From an uncultured delta proteobacterium (GTDB lineage Bacteria > Myxococcota_A > Polyangia > Polyangiales > Polyangiaceae), in the NCBI GenBank assembly GCA_963731595.1, contig CAVSWE010000003.1, forward strand, positions 172,948-236,947: a DNA stretch of 64,000 bases, written 5' to 3'. Under the pieces are notes generated by a model that saw only the letters and a program-made list of their open reading frames with translations, did not search any database and was not told the DNA's origin. Both the position numbers and the translations under genes were made by a program. The first letter of the stretch is position 1. Every line of letters starts with the position of its first letter. This document shows positions 33,024 through 42,550 of the stretch, piece by piece.

Positions 33024-34666
33024 ATGATGCGTCGCGACGGCATTTGGCGCGCGGGCGGCTGGTTTGCGATTCCGGCCGGCGCCGCGCTCTTCGCAAAGAC
33101 GCTGGCGACGCCGCTCTTCCGCGACGATCTGCTGCAGCGCGCGATGTCGCTCGGAGCGTACCCCGCGCCCCGCGGCGCGTTCGACCTCTACGACTTCGTG
33201 CGCCCCGGCGAGCGCGCGGGCTTCGTCGCGTCAGGCGCGCTGCCTTGGTGGGCCGCAGACGATTTCAGCGTGAGGTTCTTTCGGCCGCTCTCGTCGGCGA
33301 TGCTCTTCGTGGAGCATCGCTTCGTTGGCTCGCCGCTCCTCATGCACCTCCTCTCTCGATTTGGTGGGCGGCCGCGGTCAGCGCCGCGCGGTGGCTCTTT
33401 CGAATGGTGCTCCACGAGCGCGCCGCGACCGTCGCGACATGGATCTTCGCTCTCGCGCCATGTCACGCTTTGTCGCTGGCGATGCTCGCCCAACGCGACG
33501 TACTCGTGGCGACGACCTTCAGCGCGCTCGGCATCGCCTTCACCGTGAGGCCCAAGGGGGCCGCCCGGATCGTGTCGGCTGCATTCTTCGCGGTCGCGCT
33601 TGCTGCGGGCGAGTACGCGCTCTGCTTCGGCGGGTACGTCGTCGTCTGGGCACTCGCGCAGCCGACTGCGGCCGCGCGCGCGCGCGCGGCGCTGCCCTTC
33701 GCCCTCCCCGCGACGATCTACCTCGTACTGCGCACCGCTCTCGGCTACGGAGCCATCGGCACGGGTTTTTATCGCGATCCGTTTCATTCGCCGCGACAGT
33801 TCTTCGTGCACGCGCCACGTTCGCTCCTCGTCCTGTGGGCCGACGCGTGGACATCGTTCGACGCCTCGCTTTGGCCGCTCCTCGGGCTCATCGCCGTCGG
33901 GGCAGCGCTGCTCGGATTGGTGTGGCTCGTTCCTCGACAGGCGCGCTGGCTGGCGGCCGGCTCCCTCGTCGCGGCGCTTCCTCTGGTCGCCTCCACGCCC
34001 GGGCAGAGGCTCACCGCGCCCTTGCTCGTCGGAGTTGCAGGCACGCTCGGGTGGCTCGTCGACGCGGCGATCGCAAAGCCCGTGCGACTGCGCTTCGCGG
34101 CGGCTGCGGCGGCCGGCATCGTGCTGGACGGCGCGTTCGCCGCGCGGTCGTCTCTGCAGGAAAGCGCGACGTATCGAGGGCAGGGCGAGAGAGGCCGGTC
34201 ACGCGCCGCGTCGCTCGAGGAGCAGCTCCGCAAACACGACCCGAGTACCGTCATCGTCGCGCTCGGCAGCTGGGAGTCCGCGTTCTTCGGGCTCGTGCTC
34301 GCCTCGCCGTCGACGCCGCGGCACATCCCGTGGCGAGTGCTCGTGACCGCTCGCCATGCGCTCGTGCTCCGCGTCGACGATCGCACCGCGGACGTCATCG
34401 TCCCGATGGGTCAAGGTTTTTTTCCTCTCGGTGCGGACGATATCTTCCGAAGCGAAGACGACGCGCTGCACGCCGGCGACGTGCGCGAGGTACCCGGAAT
34501 GCGCGCGGAGGTCCTCTCCGACGGTACGACGACGGCCCCGCGGGTTCGCTTCAGCTTCGCGCGCTCGCTCGACGACCCATCTTTCCTTTTGCTCTCCGAA
34601 TCACGCGCCGCCTACCGGCCCTTTCCTGCTCCGGCGCAGGGCTTTGGCAGGCCGCTTTCGCCATAG
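33024..34666 (+). CDS. Polytopic membrane protein (putative glycosyltransferase-like), with an apparent -1 frame shift near 33350.
   Basis: N-terminus in frame 0 (...PWWAADDFSVRFFRPLSSAMLFVEHRF...). The rest is in frame 2, with more than 8 predicted TM helices and a C-terminal soluble domain. Confidence 0.55.
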
Positions 34667-34702
34667 ACGCCTCCCGGGTGAGGCCGCTAGGCTGCCGCGC
34701 GC

Positions 34703-35488
34703 ATGGACGAACCCGCGAAGCTCGCGGAGGCCTTCGCGGAAGCCGTCGCCCACTGGGTGGATCTGCAATGGTCGCTCATGGTCGCACACCTTCGCAAGGT
34801 CGCGCCGCAGGCCCACGGACGCCTGCTGGACGTTGGCTGCGGGCAGAAGCCCTACTACGAGATCTTCGAGCCGCACGTCGAGGAGTACGTCGGCATCGAA
34901 TACGCGTCTGCGTTCGCCGAGACGGCGTCTTCGGCGAAGGGCAAGCGCGGTCCAGACATCGTCTACGAAGGCGATCGCATGCCGCTGCCGGACGAGTCGT
35001 TCGACACGATCATGTGCATTCAGGTTCTCGAGCACACGCCCAAGCCGCAGGCGCTCCTCGACGACATCGCTCGCGTGCTCCGACCGGGAGGGCTCCTCAT
35101 CGTTTCGGTGCCGTTTTCATTCCGACTTCACGAGGAGCCGAACGACTACTTTCGCTACACGCCGCACGGTCTGCGCGCGATGCTGGAGGTCGCTGGCCTC
35201 GAGGTCACGGCGACGATGCAACAAGGTGGCTTCTGGAGCGTGCTCGGCCACAAATTCAACACGTTCCTCGCCTTTCGCGTGGGCCGACTTCAAGGGACCG
35301 CCCAGCGTCTCGGCAAGCTCGGCCACGAGAAGATCGCCGCGCGTGACATCTTCCCGTTGCGCGGAATGCTGGTGAGCCCGTTGCTGCCCGTCGTCGCCGG
35401 CGCGGCGCGCGTGCTCGATCGGGTGGCGCCGGACCCGACCGAGATGCTCAGCGTCTTCATGACGGCCACCAAACGCCCGCAGCGCTGA
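34703..35488 (+). CDS. Class I SAM-dependent methyltransferase.
   Basis: LLDVGCGQKPY (motif I) and LRPGGLLIVSVP (post-II) of Methyltransf_11-type enzymes. Confidence 0.8.
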   Translation: MDEPAKLAEAFAEAVAHWVDLQWSLMVAHLRKVAPQAHGRLLDVGCGQKPYYEIFEPHVEEYVGIEYASAFAETASSAKGKRGPDIVYEGDRMPLPDESFDTIMCIQVLEHTPKPQALLDDIARVLRPGGLLIVSVPFSFRLHEEPNDYFRYTPHGLRAMLEVAGLEVTATMQQGGFWSVLGHKFNTFLAFRVGRLQGTAQRLGKLGHEKIAARDIFPLRGMLVSPLLPVVAGAARVLDRVAPDPTEMLSVFMTATKRPQR

Positions 35489-35507
35489 CCTTCGCGAAGT
35501 TCTGGGG

Positions 35508-35580
35508 TGGGCGAACCGGGACTTGAACCCGGAGCCAACGGATTAAGAGTCCGCTGCTCTACCAATTGAGCTATTCGCCC
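35508..35580 (-). tRNA. tRNA-Lys (anticodon CTT).
   Basis: Reverse complement GGGCGAATAGCTCAATTGGTAGAGCAGCGGACTCTTAATCCGTTGGCTCCGGGTTCAAGTCCCGGTTCGCCCA folds as a cloverleaf. It has a 7-bp acceptor stem, a D-arm GCTC/GAGC, the anticodon loop CTCTTAA, and a T-arm CCGGG/CCCGG with a TTCAAGT loop. Confidence 0.85.
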
Positions 35581-35675
35581 GAGAAGCGTCGCGTAGGTAT
35601 ACGCGGCGTCGGGTGATGTCAAGGAGCGACGGTCACGGAGGCGGTCCCTGACATCGATGTGGTAGACTCGGGTGC

Positions 35676-36377
35676 GTGCGACAGGCAGTGATCCTCGCGG
35701 GCGGGCTCGCGACGCGGATGCGGCCTCGGACGCTCAGCGTGCCCAAATTCCTGCTCGACGTGGCGGGTCGGCCGTTCGCGGATTGGCAGCTCGAGATGCT
35801 TGCAAACTGCAAGTACGACGACGTCGTCGTCTGCATCGCCCACCTCGGGGAGGAGGTGCGCGCCCACGTTGGCGACGGTGCGCGGTTCGGCCTGCGTGTC
35901 CGTTACGCGGAGGAGGGGCCGAAGCTGCTCGGCACGGGCGGCGCGCTCCGCGCCGCGGCGTCGCTACTCGACGAGAGCTTCCTCGTGACCTACGGCGACA
36001 GCTATTTGCCGTTCGATTACGGGGCGCCGCTGGACGAGCTGCGCGCTCACGACGACTGCGACGGCGTGATGAGCGTCTTCAAGAACGACGGCAAGTGGGA
36101 CGCCTCGAACGTGCGGACCGACGGGGTCTGGGTGCTCGCCTACGAGAAGGGTACGCACGAACGGGCGTTCGACCACATCGACTACGGCGCGATCGCCCTG
36201 CGCCGCGCGGCCGTGCTCGAGCTGCCGGAGGCGACGCCGTGCGGGCTCGACCAGCTCCAGACGAAGCTGGCCGCCGCTCGGCGCTTGCGGGCGCACGTCG
36301 CGCGTGAGAGGTTCTACGAGATCGGCTCGCCGGAAGGGCTTGCCGCGCTCGAGCTACGTTTGCAGGAAACGCGATGA
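35676..36377 (+). CDS. hddC: D-glycero-alpha-D-manno-heptose 1-phosphate guanylyltransferase (HddC-like sugar-phosphate nucleotidyltransferase).
   Basis: N-terminal AVILAGGLATRMRP...LLGTGGAL NTP-transferase signature. About 230 aa. First gene of a four-gene string with overlapping stops and starts. Confidence 0.8.
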   Translation: MRQAVILAGGLATRMRPRTLSVPKFLLDVAGRPFADWQLEMLANCKYDDVVVCIAHLGEEVRAHVGDGARFGLRVRYAEEGPKLLGTGGALRAAASLLDESFLVTYGDSYLPFDYGAPLDELRAHDDCDGVMSVFKNDGKWDASNVRTDGVWVLAYEKGTHERAFDHIDYGAIALRRAAVLELPEATPCGLDQLQTKLAAARRLRAHVARERFYEIGSPEGLAALELRLQETR

Positions 36378-37369
36378 TCGTCTCACGTGCGCCGGTGCGC
36401 TTCTCTCTCGGTGGTGGCGGCACCGATTTACCCAGCTACTCGCGGGAGCACGGCGGGTTTCTCGTCGCCGCTGCGATCGACAAGTACGTCAGCTTGTGCG
36501 TCGCCCAGCGATTCCACGAGAACTATCGCCTCGCGTACTCGAAGACCGAGCAGGTCGAGTCCGTCGACGCGATCGAGCACCGCATCTTCCGCGAGGCGAT
36601 CCGCTTCATGAAGCCGGGCCGATTCCTCGAGCTGCACAGCCTCGCGGACATACCCTCCAACACCGGGCTCGGCAGCTCCTCCAGCTTCACGGTGGCGCTC
36701 CTCAACGGCCTGCACGCGTTCAAGCGCGACTACGTGAGCGCGCGGCAGCTCGCCGACGAGGCGTGCGGCATCGAGATCGACGTGCTCAAAGAGCCGATCG
36801 GCAAGCAGGACCAGTACATCGCGGCGTTCGGCGGCATCACGGCGTTCACGTTCGAGAAGGACGGATCGGTCGGCGTCGAGCGTCTGCCGGTGAAGGAGGA
36901 GGTCATCGACGAGCTCGAGGCGCGTCTGCTCGTGTTCTACTCGGGCGTGGAGCGCGCCGCGTCGAAGGTGCTCGCCGAGCAGGCCAAGATGGTCACGACG
37001 AACAAGAACGACGCCGTCGCGAGGATGCACCGCATCAAAGAGATGGGCTACGAGACGAAGAAGCTCCTGCTCGACGGCGACCTCGATCGCTACGGCGATC
37101 TCTTGCACGAGCACTGGATGAACAAGCGCAAGCTTGCGTCGAGCATGACCGACTCGGTCATCGACGAGCACTACGAGACCGCGCGCAGAGCGGGGGCGCT
37201 CGGCGGCAAGCTGATGGGCGCTGGCGGGGGCGGCTTCTTCGTCTTCTACGTGCGGCCGACCGAACGCCGTTCGGTCTACGAGACCATGCTCGGACGCGGC
37301 TTGCGGCCCTTGCGGTTCCGCTTCGACTTCGACGGCGCGCGCATCGTCGCCAACTTCCATCGTTCCTGA
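36374..37369 (+). CDS. hddA: D-glycero-alpha-D-manno-heptose 7-phosphate kinase (HddA, GHMP kinase).
   Basis: MIVSRAPVRFSLGGGGTDLPSY N-terminus and GHMP motif PSNTGLGSSSS. The ATG overlaps the hddC stop (ATGA). Confidence 0.85.
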   Translation: MIVSRAPVRFSLGGGGTDLPSYSREHGGFLVAAAIDKYVSLCVAQRFHENYRLAYSKTEQVESVDAIEHRIFREAIRFMKPGRFLELHSLADIPSNTGLGSSSSFTVALLNGLHAFKRDYVSARQLADEACGIEIDVLKEPIGKQDQYIAAFGGITAFTFEKDGSVGVERLPVKEEVIDELEARLLVFYSGVERAASKVLAEQAKMVTTNKNDAVARMHRIKEMGYETKKLLLDGDLDRYGDLLHEHWMNKRKLASSMTDSVIDEHYETARRAGALGGKLMGAGGGGFFVFYVRPTERRSVYETMLGRGLRPLRFRFDFDGARIVANFHRS

Positions 37370-37376
37370 GGTCGCC

Positions 37377-37976
37377 ATGTCTTCGTTCACTCAAACGTTC
37401 CTCGCGGAGACGGCGCAGATCGTCTCCACCATCGACGCCGACGCGATCGAAGCCGTCGCCGACGGCCTCGCCGCGGTGCGCGCGGGCGGGGGCCGCCTCT
37501 TCATCCTCGGCGTCGGCGGCTCGGCCGGCCACGCGAGCCACGCGGTCAACGACTTCCGGAAGATCTGCGGCTTCGAGGCCTACGCCCCGACGGACAACGT
37601 GTCCGAGCTCACGGCGCGTACGAACGACGAGGGATGGGACACGACGTTCATCGAGTGGCTGAAGACCTCGCGCCTCGGGAGCGAGGACGCGCTCTTCATC
37701 TTCTCCGTCGGCGGCGGCAACAAGGAGAAGAACGTCTCGGTGAACCTCGTGCGCGCGATCGATCTCGCGAAGGAGCGCGGCGCGAAAGTGTTCGGCGTCG
37801 TCGGTCGCGACGGCGGGCACACCAAGCGCAGCGCCGACGCGTGCGTGCTCGTGCCGGTCGTCGCCGACGCGCGTATCACGCCGCACACCGAGGGGTTCGC
37901 CGCGGTCGTCTGGCACCTGCTCGTCAGTCACCCGAAGCTGCAGATCGCGGCGACCAAGTGGGAAAGCACGAAGTGA
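37377..37976 (+). CDS. gmhA: Sedoheptulose 7-phosphate isomerase (GmhA, SIS domain).
   Basis: SIS-domain motifs LFILGVGGSAGHASH and DALFIFSVGG; 199 aa. Confidence 0.9.
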   Translation: MSSFTQTFLAETAQIVSTIDADAIEAVADGLAAVRAGGGRLFILGVGGSAGHASHAVNDFRKICGFEAYAPTDNVSELTARTNDEGWDTTFIEWLKTSRLGSEDALFIFSVGGGNKEKNVSVNLVRAIDLAKERGAKVFGVVGRDGGHTKRSADACVLVPVVADARITPHTEGFAAVVWHLLVSHPKLQIAATKWESTK

Positions 37977-38575
37977 CGAAAGGGGTCATCCTCGACCGCG
38001 ACGGTACGCTCGTGGACGTCGTGCGCGACGAGGAGACCGGCGTCATCACGACGGCGTTTCATCCGTCGCAGCTTCGCCTCCTGCCGGGCGCGCTCGAAGG
38101 ACTGCAGAAGCTCCAATCCGCTGGGTTCGTGCTCGCCATCGCGAGCAATCAACCAGGGCCGGCGAAGGGCCATTTCTCTCGCGACGCCGTGACGAAGACC
38201 AACGCCGCGCTCGTCGCGATGCTCGCGCGCGAAAACGTGCAGATTGCAAAGGTCGTCGTGTGCATGCACCACCCGATCGGCGGCCCGGGCGGCGACGCGT
38301 CGCTCGTGGGGCCGTGCGCGTGCCGCAAGCCCAAGCCCGGCATGCTCCTCGAGATCGCGGAGGCTCTCGAGCTCGACCTCGAGCGTTCGTGGATCGTGGG
38401 CGACACGTCCTCGGACGTCGCGGCGGGTCGCGCCGCCGGGGTCCGCTCTGCGCTCGTGTTCGACCGGAACCGTTGCGAGCTCTGCCCGCTCCGCGGCGGC
38501 CCAGGCGTTTTGCCCGACGCGCAAGGCGCGACGGTGGCGGCGGTCGCGGACGAAATCACTCGTTTGGCGTGCTAG
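37973..38575 (+). CDS. gmhB: D-glycero-D-manno-heptose 1,7-bisphosphate phosphatase (GmhB, HAD family).
   Basis: HAD motif ILDRDGTL, GmhB zinc motif CMHHP...CACRKPKPGML, and WIVGDTSSD. The GTG overlaps the gmhA stop. Confidence 0.85.
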   Translation: MTKGVILDRDGTLVDVVRDEETGVITTAFHPSQLRLLPGALEGLQKLQSAGFVLAIASNQPGPAKGHFSRDAVTKTNAALVAMLARENVQIAKVVVCMHHPIGGPGGDASLVGPCACRKPKPGMLLEIAEALELDLERSWIVGDTSSDVAAGRAAGVRSALVFDRNRCELCPLRGGPGVLPDAQGATVAAVADEITRLAC

Positions 38576-38586
38576 TGTCCGCGCGC

Positions 38587-40767
38587 ATGAGCGGAAAACG
38601 CCGCGTCGAGCGCGTGGCCGATGCCCTCGCGTTTGCGGCGACGGCCTGGTTCGCGTTCACGGCATTTTGGGGAATCAACGCTCAACCCCATGCGGGCCAC
38701 ATCGGCTCCGCGGGCGCCGCGATCGCCATGACCGCGGAGAATTCGATCCGCTGGCACTCGTGGTATCCGCTCTCCGATTATTACGGCACGACCAACCCGT
38801 TTCCTCAGGGTGCGTACTGCCATCACCCGTTCGGCTGTTTCTGGATCAGTGAGATCGCGGTTCGGCTCTTCGGCCACGCCGACTTCGTCGCGAATCTTCC
38901 GTCCGCGATCATGAGCGCGCTCACGCCGCCGCTGCTTTATTGGACCGGCAAGCGCGCGTGGGGCCCGCTCCCCGGCGCCGCCGCGGCGATCGCGTTCGTG
39001 ACGCTGCCCATCACCGTGGGTTTTTCGATCTTCCACAACCTGGAAGTGATGACGATCTTCGGCGCCGTCCTGTTCTTCTGGGGCCACGGCAAGTTCCTCG
39101 AGACGCGGCGCGGGCGCGATCTCGCGTGGTCCCTCGTCGGCGCCTCGATTGCCGTGTCCGGCGACTGGGTCGGGTACGTCATCCTGGCCGGCCTCCTCGG
39201 CTGGGCTTTCCTTCGAGCGTTCGTCCTGCCGGCGTGGATGACGCCGCCTGTTCGCGTGGCGCAGTACCACCGCTGGTGGGCGCTCTCGGTCGCGCTCGCG
39301 GTGGGCTCGCTCGTGCTCTGGATCGCGATGTTCCAGCACGCCGACAAGCTCACCGACTGGATTGCCTCGGCGCAGGGCAGAAGCGGCGGCGCGGACGAGA
39401 AGCTCTCGGCCGTGTTGGAGGCGCGAAAGACCTGGATCGATTTCTCCTTCACGCCGTACGCGATCCTCGTCGGCAAGCTCGCCGCGCCGCTCGCCATCGT
39501 CCGTCTCGTCTACTTTCGCCGCGACGCCGAGATGTACTCGGTGGCGATGCTGTTCGGCGCGACGGTGCAGTATCTCGTCTTCAAGCAGGGCGCGGACATT
39601 CACATTTTCTGGCCGCACTATTTCGGCGCTTATTACGCGTACGCGTGCGCGCAGCTCGTTGCCACGGCCGGTGGGGTGACGCGCTGGGCCGCCCGGCGCT
39701 TCGCGCCGAATGCGGTTCGAAGCCCTGAGGTCGCCGTCTCGCTCTGCGCGCTCTTCCTCGCGACCGCGCCGCAGACACCCGACGCCGTCCGATCCCTGCG
39801 CGTGTGGCGCGAGTCGGCCGGGAGGTACGACGAGAAGGGTGTGCTCTATCGTAGCCACGCCGACCTCCTCTTCGTCGTGAAGAAGGTGCTCCGGCCCGAG
39901 ATCCATCGAGGCGAAAAGCTCGGCGTCGAGCCCGGAGTCAGCTGGGGCTGGGAGCACCAATGGGCGCTCGAAGGCATGGCCGAGACGGCGTCGTCGCCGT
40001 CGAACGCCCATCCCTATTGGCTCGCGCGCGCCAGCGCGTTGGGCGCCGATCAGCTCAAGACGTTGGCGCAGAAATACCATCTTCGCATCTACGGCGACGC
40101 GGTGATCGTGAAGCGCGGAGAACGTCAAGCGCCGGTCGACGCGTACGCGATCGAGGAGCGCGAGCCCGGCTGGATCGGCTGGATGTTCACGTACAACACC
40201 GAGCCGGTTCGCACGATTTCGGAGCAGCCCGACCCATTCGAGACGTGGGAGTGGCGGTATCATCTCGGCCAGCCGGCGGAGCGGCCGACGCAGAAGCCTC
40301 ACACGCTCGAACAGATCCGCATCGGTTACAACGCCGCGGTCGCGAGTCACGACGACCCCGCCGCTGCCAAGCTCCTCGAGGCCCTCCGCGACGGCATCGA
40401 TCGCACTGTCGAGGCTCATTTCGACGAGGGCAACGAGCTGATGGGCGTCCGCTTGGTGCACGGCGTCCGCCCGCGGATCGAGGTTTATTTTCAGGCGGGC
40501 GGCCCCACGGCCTCCGACACCAAGCTCACGATTCGCTCGGACGTCGTAGCCAAAGCCAAGCTCAGCCTGATTCCCCCGAGCCCGGTCGAGTGCGATCTCG
40601 CGTATCCACCCTCGCTGTCGACCAAGCTCTGGCAGCGTGGTTTCGTGTACAAGTTCGTAGCGCCGCTCCACCACCGCATCGGAGAGGAGCGGTATTGGGC
40701 TGCATGGGCCGGCGGACCACGTCGTCTGCACGGAGACCCGAAGATCGATTTGGCTTACGTGGAATGA
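38587..40767 (+). CDS. Large polytopic membrane protein with a C-terminal ~350 aa soluble domain (GT-C-like architecture; putative lipid-linked-sugar glycosyltransferase).
   Basis: About 11 N-terminal TM helices, with acidic/aromatic residues in the first loop, then a hydrophilic domain (726 aa). No exact family assignable by eye. Confidence 0.6.
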   Translation: MSGKRRVERVADALAFAATAWFAFTAFWGINAQPHAGHIGSAGAAIAMTAENSIRWHSWYPLSDYYGTTNPFPQGAYCHHPFGCFWISEIAVRLFGHADFVANLPSAIMSALTPPLLYWTGKRAWGPLPGAAAAIAFVTLPITVGFSIFHNLEVMTIFGAVLFFWGHGKFLETRRGRDLAWSLVGASIAVSGDWVGYVILAGLLGWAFLRAFVLPAWMTPPVRVAQYHRWWALSVALAVGSLVLWIAMFQHADKLTDWIASAQGRSGGADEKLSAVLEARKTWIDFSFTPYAILVGKLAAPLAIVRLVYFRRDAEMYSVAMLFGATVQYLVFKQGADIHIFWPHYFGAYYAYACAQLVATAGGVTRWAARRFAPNAVRSPEVAVSLCALFLATAPQTPDAVRSLRVWRESAGRYDEKGVLYRSHADLLFVVKKVLRPEIHRGEKLGVEPGVSWGWEHQWALEGMAETASSPSNAHPYWLARASALGADQLKTLAQKYHLRIYGDAVIVKRGERQAPVDAYAIEEREPGWIGWMFTYNTEPVRTISEQPDPFETWEWRYHLGQPAERPTQKPHTLEQIRIGYNAAVASHDDPAAAKLLEALRDGIDRTVEAHFDEGNELMGVRLVHGVRPRIEVYFQAGGPTASDTKLTIRSDVVAKAKLSLIPPSPVECDLAYPPSLSTKLWQRGFVYKFVAPLHHRIGEERYWAAWAGGPRRLHGDPKIDLAYVE

Positions 40768-41408
40768 ACCAACACATGGACCGAGAGAAGTCGTTCGGAC
40801 AGTACGCCGAGCCCAACGCCGTCGACCGCTTCGGCATCGCGCTCTCGCGCGCTCGAATTCGCCGCTCCGTCGGCAAGTTCGCTGGCAAGCGCATCGCGGA
40901 CATCGGCTGCGGTTTCCACGCGCTCGTCGTGCGCGGGTTCCTCGGCGAGGTCGAGTCGGCGACGCTGATCGACCTCGCGATCTCCGACGAGCTCAAGGCG
41001 CACACGCGTGTTCACGCCATCGAAGGCGAGCTGCCCGGCGTGCTCGAGCAGATCCCCGACGGGAGCCTCGACGTCGTCGTCTGCAACAACGTGCTCGAGC
41101 ACCTGTGGGACCCCGCCGTTGCCGTACGACATTTCCGCCGCATGCTGCGACCCGAAGGGGTCGCGCTGCTCAATGTCCCCTCGTGGCGCGGGAAGTACTT
41201 CCTCGAGCTCGCTTCATTCAAGTTGAACGTGGTCCCGCGGATCGAGATCGACGACCACAAGCACTATTACTCGCCGCACGAGCTCTGGACGCTGCTCGTG
41301 CAGGGCGGTTTTCGCCCGAGCGAGATCAAGAGCTGCCACACGCACAAGTTCGGCCTGAACACGTACGCCGAGTGCCGGGCGAGCGCGGACGTCGCGGCCA
41401 AGCCGTAG
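40764..41408 (+). CDS. Class I SAM-dependent methyltransferase (214 aa).
   Basis: IADIGCGFHALV (motif I) and VLEHLWDP...LRPEGVALLNVP. The ATG overlaps the upstream stop (ATGA). Confidence 0.75.
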   Translation: MNQHMDREKSFGQYAEPNAVDRFGIALSRARIRRSVGKFAGKRIADIGCGFHALVVRGFLGEVESATLIDLAISDELKAHTRVHAIEGELPGVLEQIPDGSLDVVVCNNVLEHLWDPAVAVRHFRRMLRPEGVALLNVPSWRGKYFLELASFKLNVVPRIEIDDHKHYYSPHELWTLLVQGGFRPSEIKSCHTHKFGLNTYAECRASADVAAKP

Positions 41409-41416
41409 CCCGTGCT

Positions 41417-42550
41417 ATGGAGCGGCCGATGAACGCCTTGACACGCTTGTTGCGCGCGTCGTGGGGACGGCCACGGCACGTGCTCGGCATCGGAAACCTC
41501 GACTGGTCCCAGCTCGACGGCGTCACGGCCGTCGACGACGAGAAGCTCGCCGCGACGAAGGGGAACTTCGACGCTGCGGTCGTCGAGCTGCCTGCGTCCG
41601 ACGAGGGCGCGCTCGAGCGACTGCGCGCGTGCGTCGGCCGTCTCTCGGACGGAGGACACGTGCTTCTTCCGGTCGCGCACCCGGTGTCATTCGCCGAAGG
41701 ACAACGCTTGCGCCGCGCCTTCGACCGCGCGCGCGAGCGAACGGTTCGCCTCGCCGAGGCCGCGGGCCTCGAGGTCTTGCGCGTCGACGTGCGATTGCAC
41801 GCCGCGGTCGTCGTCGCCCGCACCGCGCCGAAGCCCGGCAAGCTCTCGCTCACCGTCGGCATGCTCACGTTGAACGAGCAGCAAAGCGTCGAGCGGATGA
41901 TGGACGAGATCCATCAATACGCGCCCGACGCGAGCATCCTGCTCGTGGACAGCTCGAGCGACGAGACGCCGAACCTCGCGCGCGCCAAAGGCGCCGAGGT
42001 GATTCGGCAACTGCCGGCGCGCGGCCACGGTCCGGCGATGGAGCAGCTCATGTACGCGGCCGCCGATCGCAGCGACGCGCTCGTCTACATCGACTGCGAC
42101 TTCACCTACCCGACCGAATACATCCCGCGCATCCGCGAGCTCCTCGAGCAAGGCGCCGACGTCGTCAACGCGACGCGCACGCACAAATACCCGAAGGCGA
42201 TGCCCGTGCCGAACTTCATCGCGAACCGCGTGTTCGCCGCGACGGCTCAGATCGTCCACGGGATCCCAACGACCGACTTGCACAGCGGCCTGCGCGGGTA
42301 TCGCTCCTCGGTGATCAGAGCGTTTTCGTTCAGCGGGGAACAGGACGCGCTGCCGGTGACGACCTTGATCCTGCCGGCGCGTTCGAGCTACCGCGTCGTC
42401 GACCTTCCCATCCCCTACGCCGAGCGGGAGGGCATCTCCAAGCTGGCGAAGTTTCGGGGCACCGCGTGGACGTTCGCGCGCGTCGCAACGAGCCTCGGTC
42501 ACGGCCGGCGCGTGCGCCGCGGGCGCAACTACTCACACGTTGGACGCTGA
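41417..42550 (+). CDS. GT2-family glycosyltransferase (DPM1/polyprenol-phosphate sugar synthase-like) with a ~130 aa N-terminal extension.
   Basis: LTVGMLTLNEQQSV...ILLVDSSSDETPNLA...DCDFTYP (GT2 DxD region). Confidence 0.75.
   Translation: MERPMNALTRLLRASWGRPRHVLGIGNLDWSQLDGVTAVDDEKLAATKGNFDAAVVELPASDEGALERLRACVGRLSDGGHVLLPVAHPVSFAEGQRLRRAFDRARERTVRLAEAAGLEVLRVDVRLHAAVVVARTAPKPGKLSLTVGMLTLNEQQSVERMMDEIHQYAPDASILLVDSSSDETPNLARAKGAEVIRQLPARGHGPAMEQLMYAAADRSDALVYIDCDFTYPTEYIPRIRELLEQGADVVNATRTHKYPKAMPVPNFIANRVFAATAQIVHGIPTTDLHSGLRGYRSSVIRAFSFSGEQDALPVTTLILPARSSYRVVDLPIPYAEREGISKLAKFRGTAWTFARVATSLGHGRRVRRGRNYSHVGR

Noticed and set aside
38572-40731. 719-aa minus-strand ORF antisense to the 38587..40767 membrane protein.
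   Set aside because: Arg-rich, no hydrophobic or domain structure. The sense frame encodes a coherent polytopic protein.
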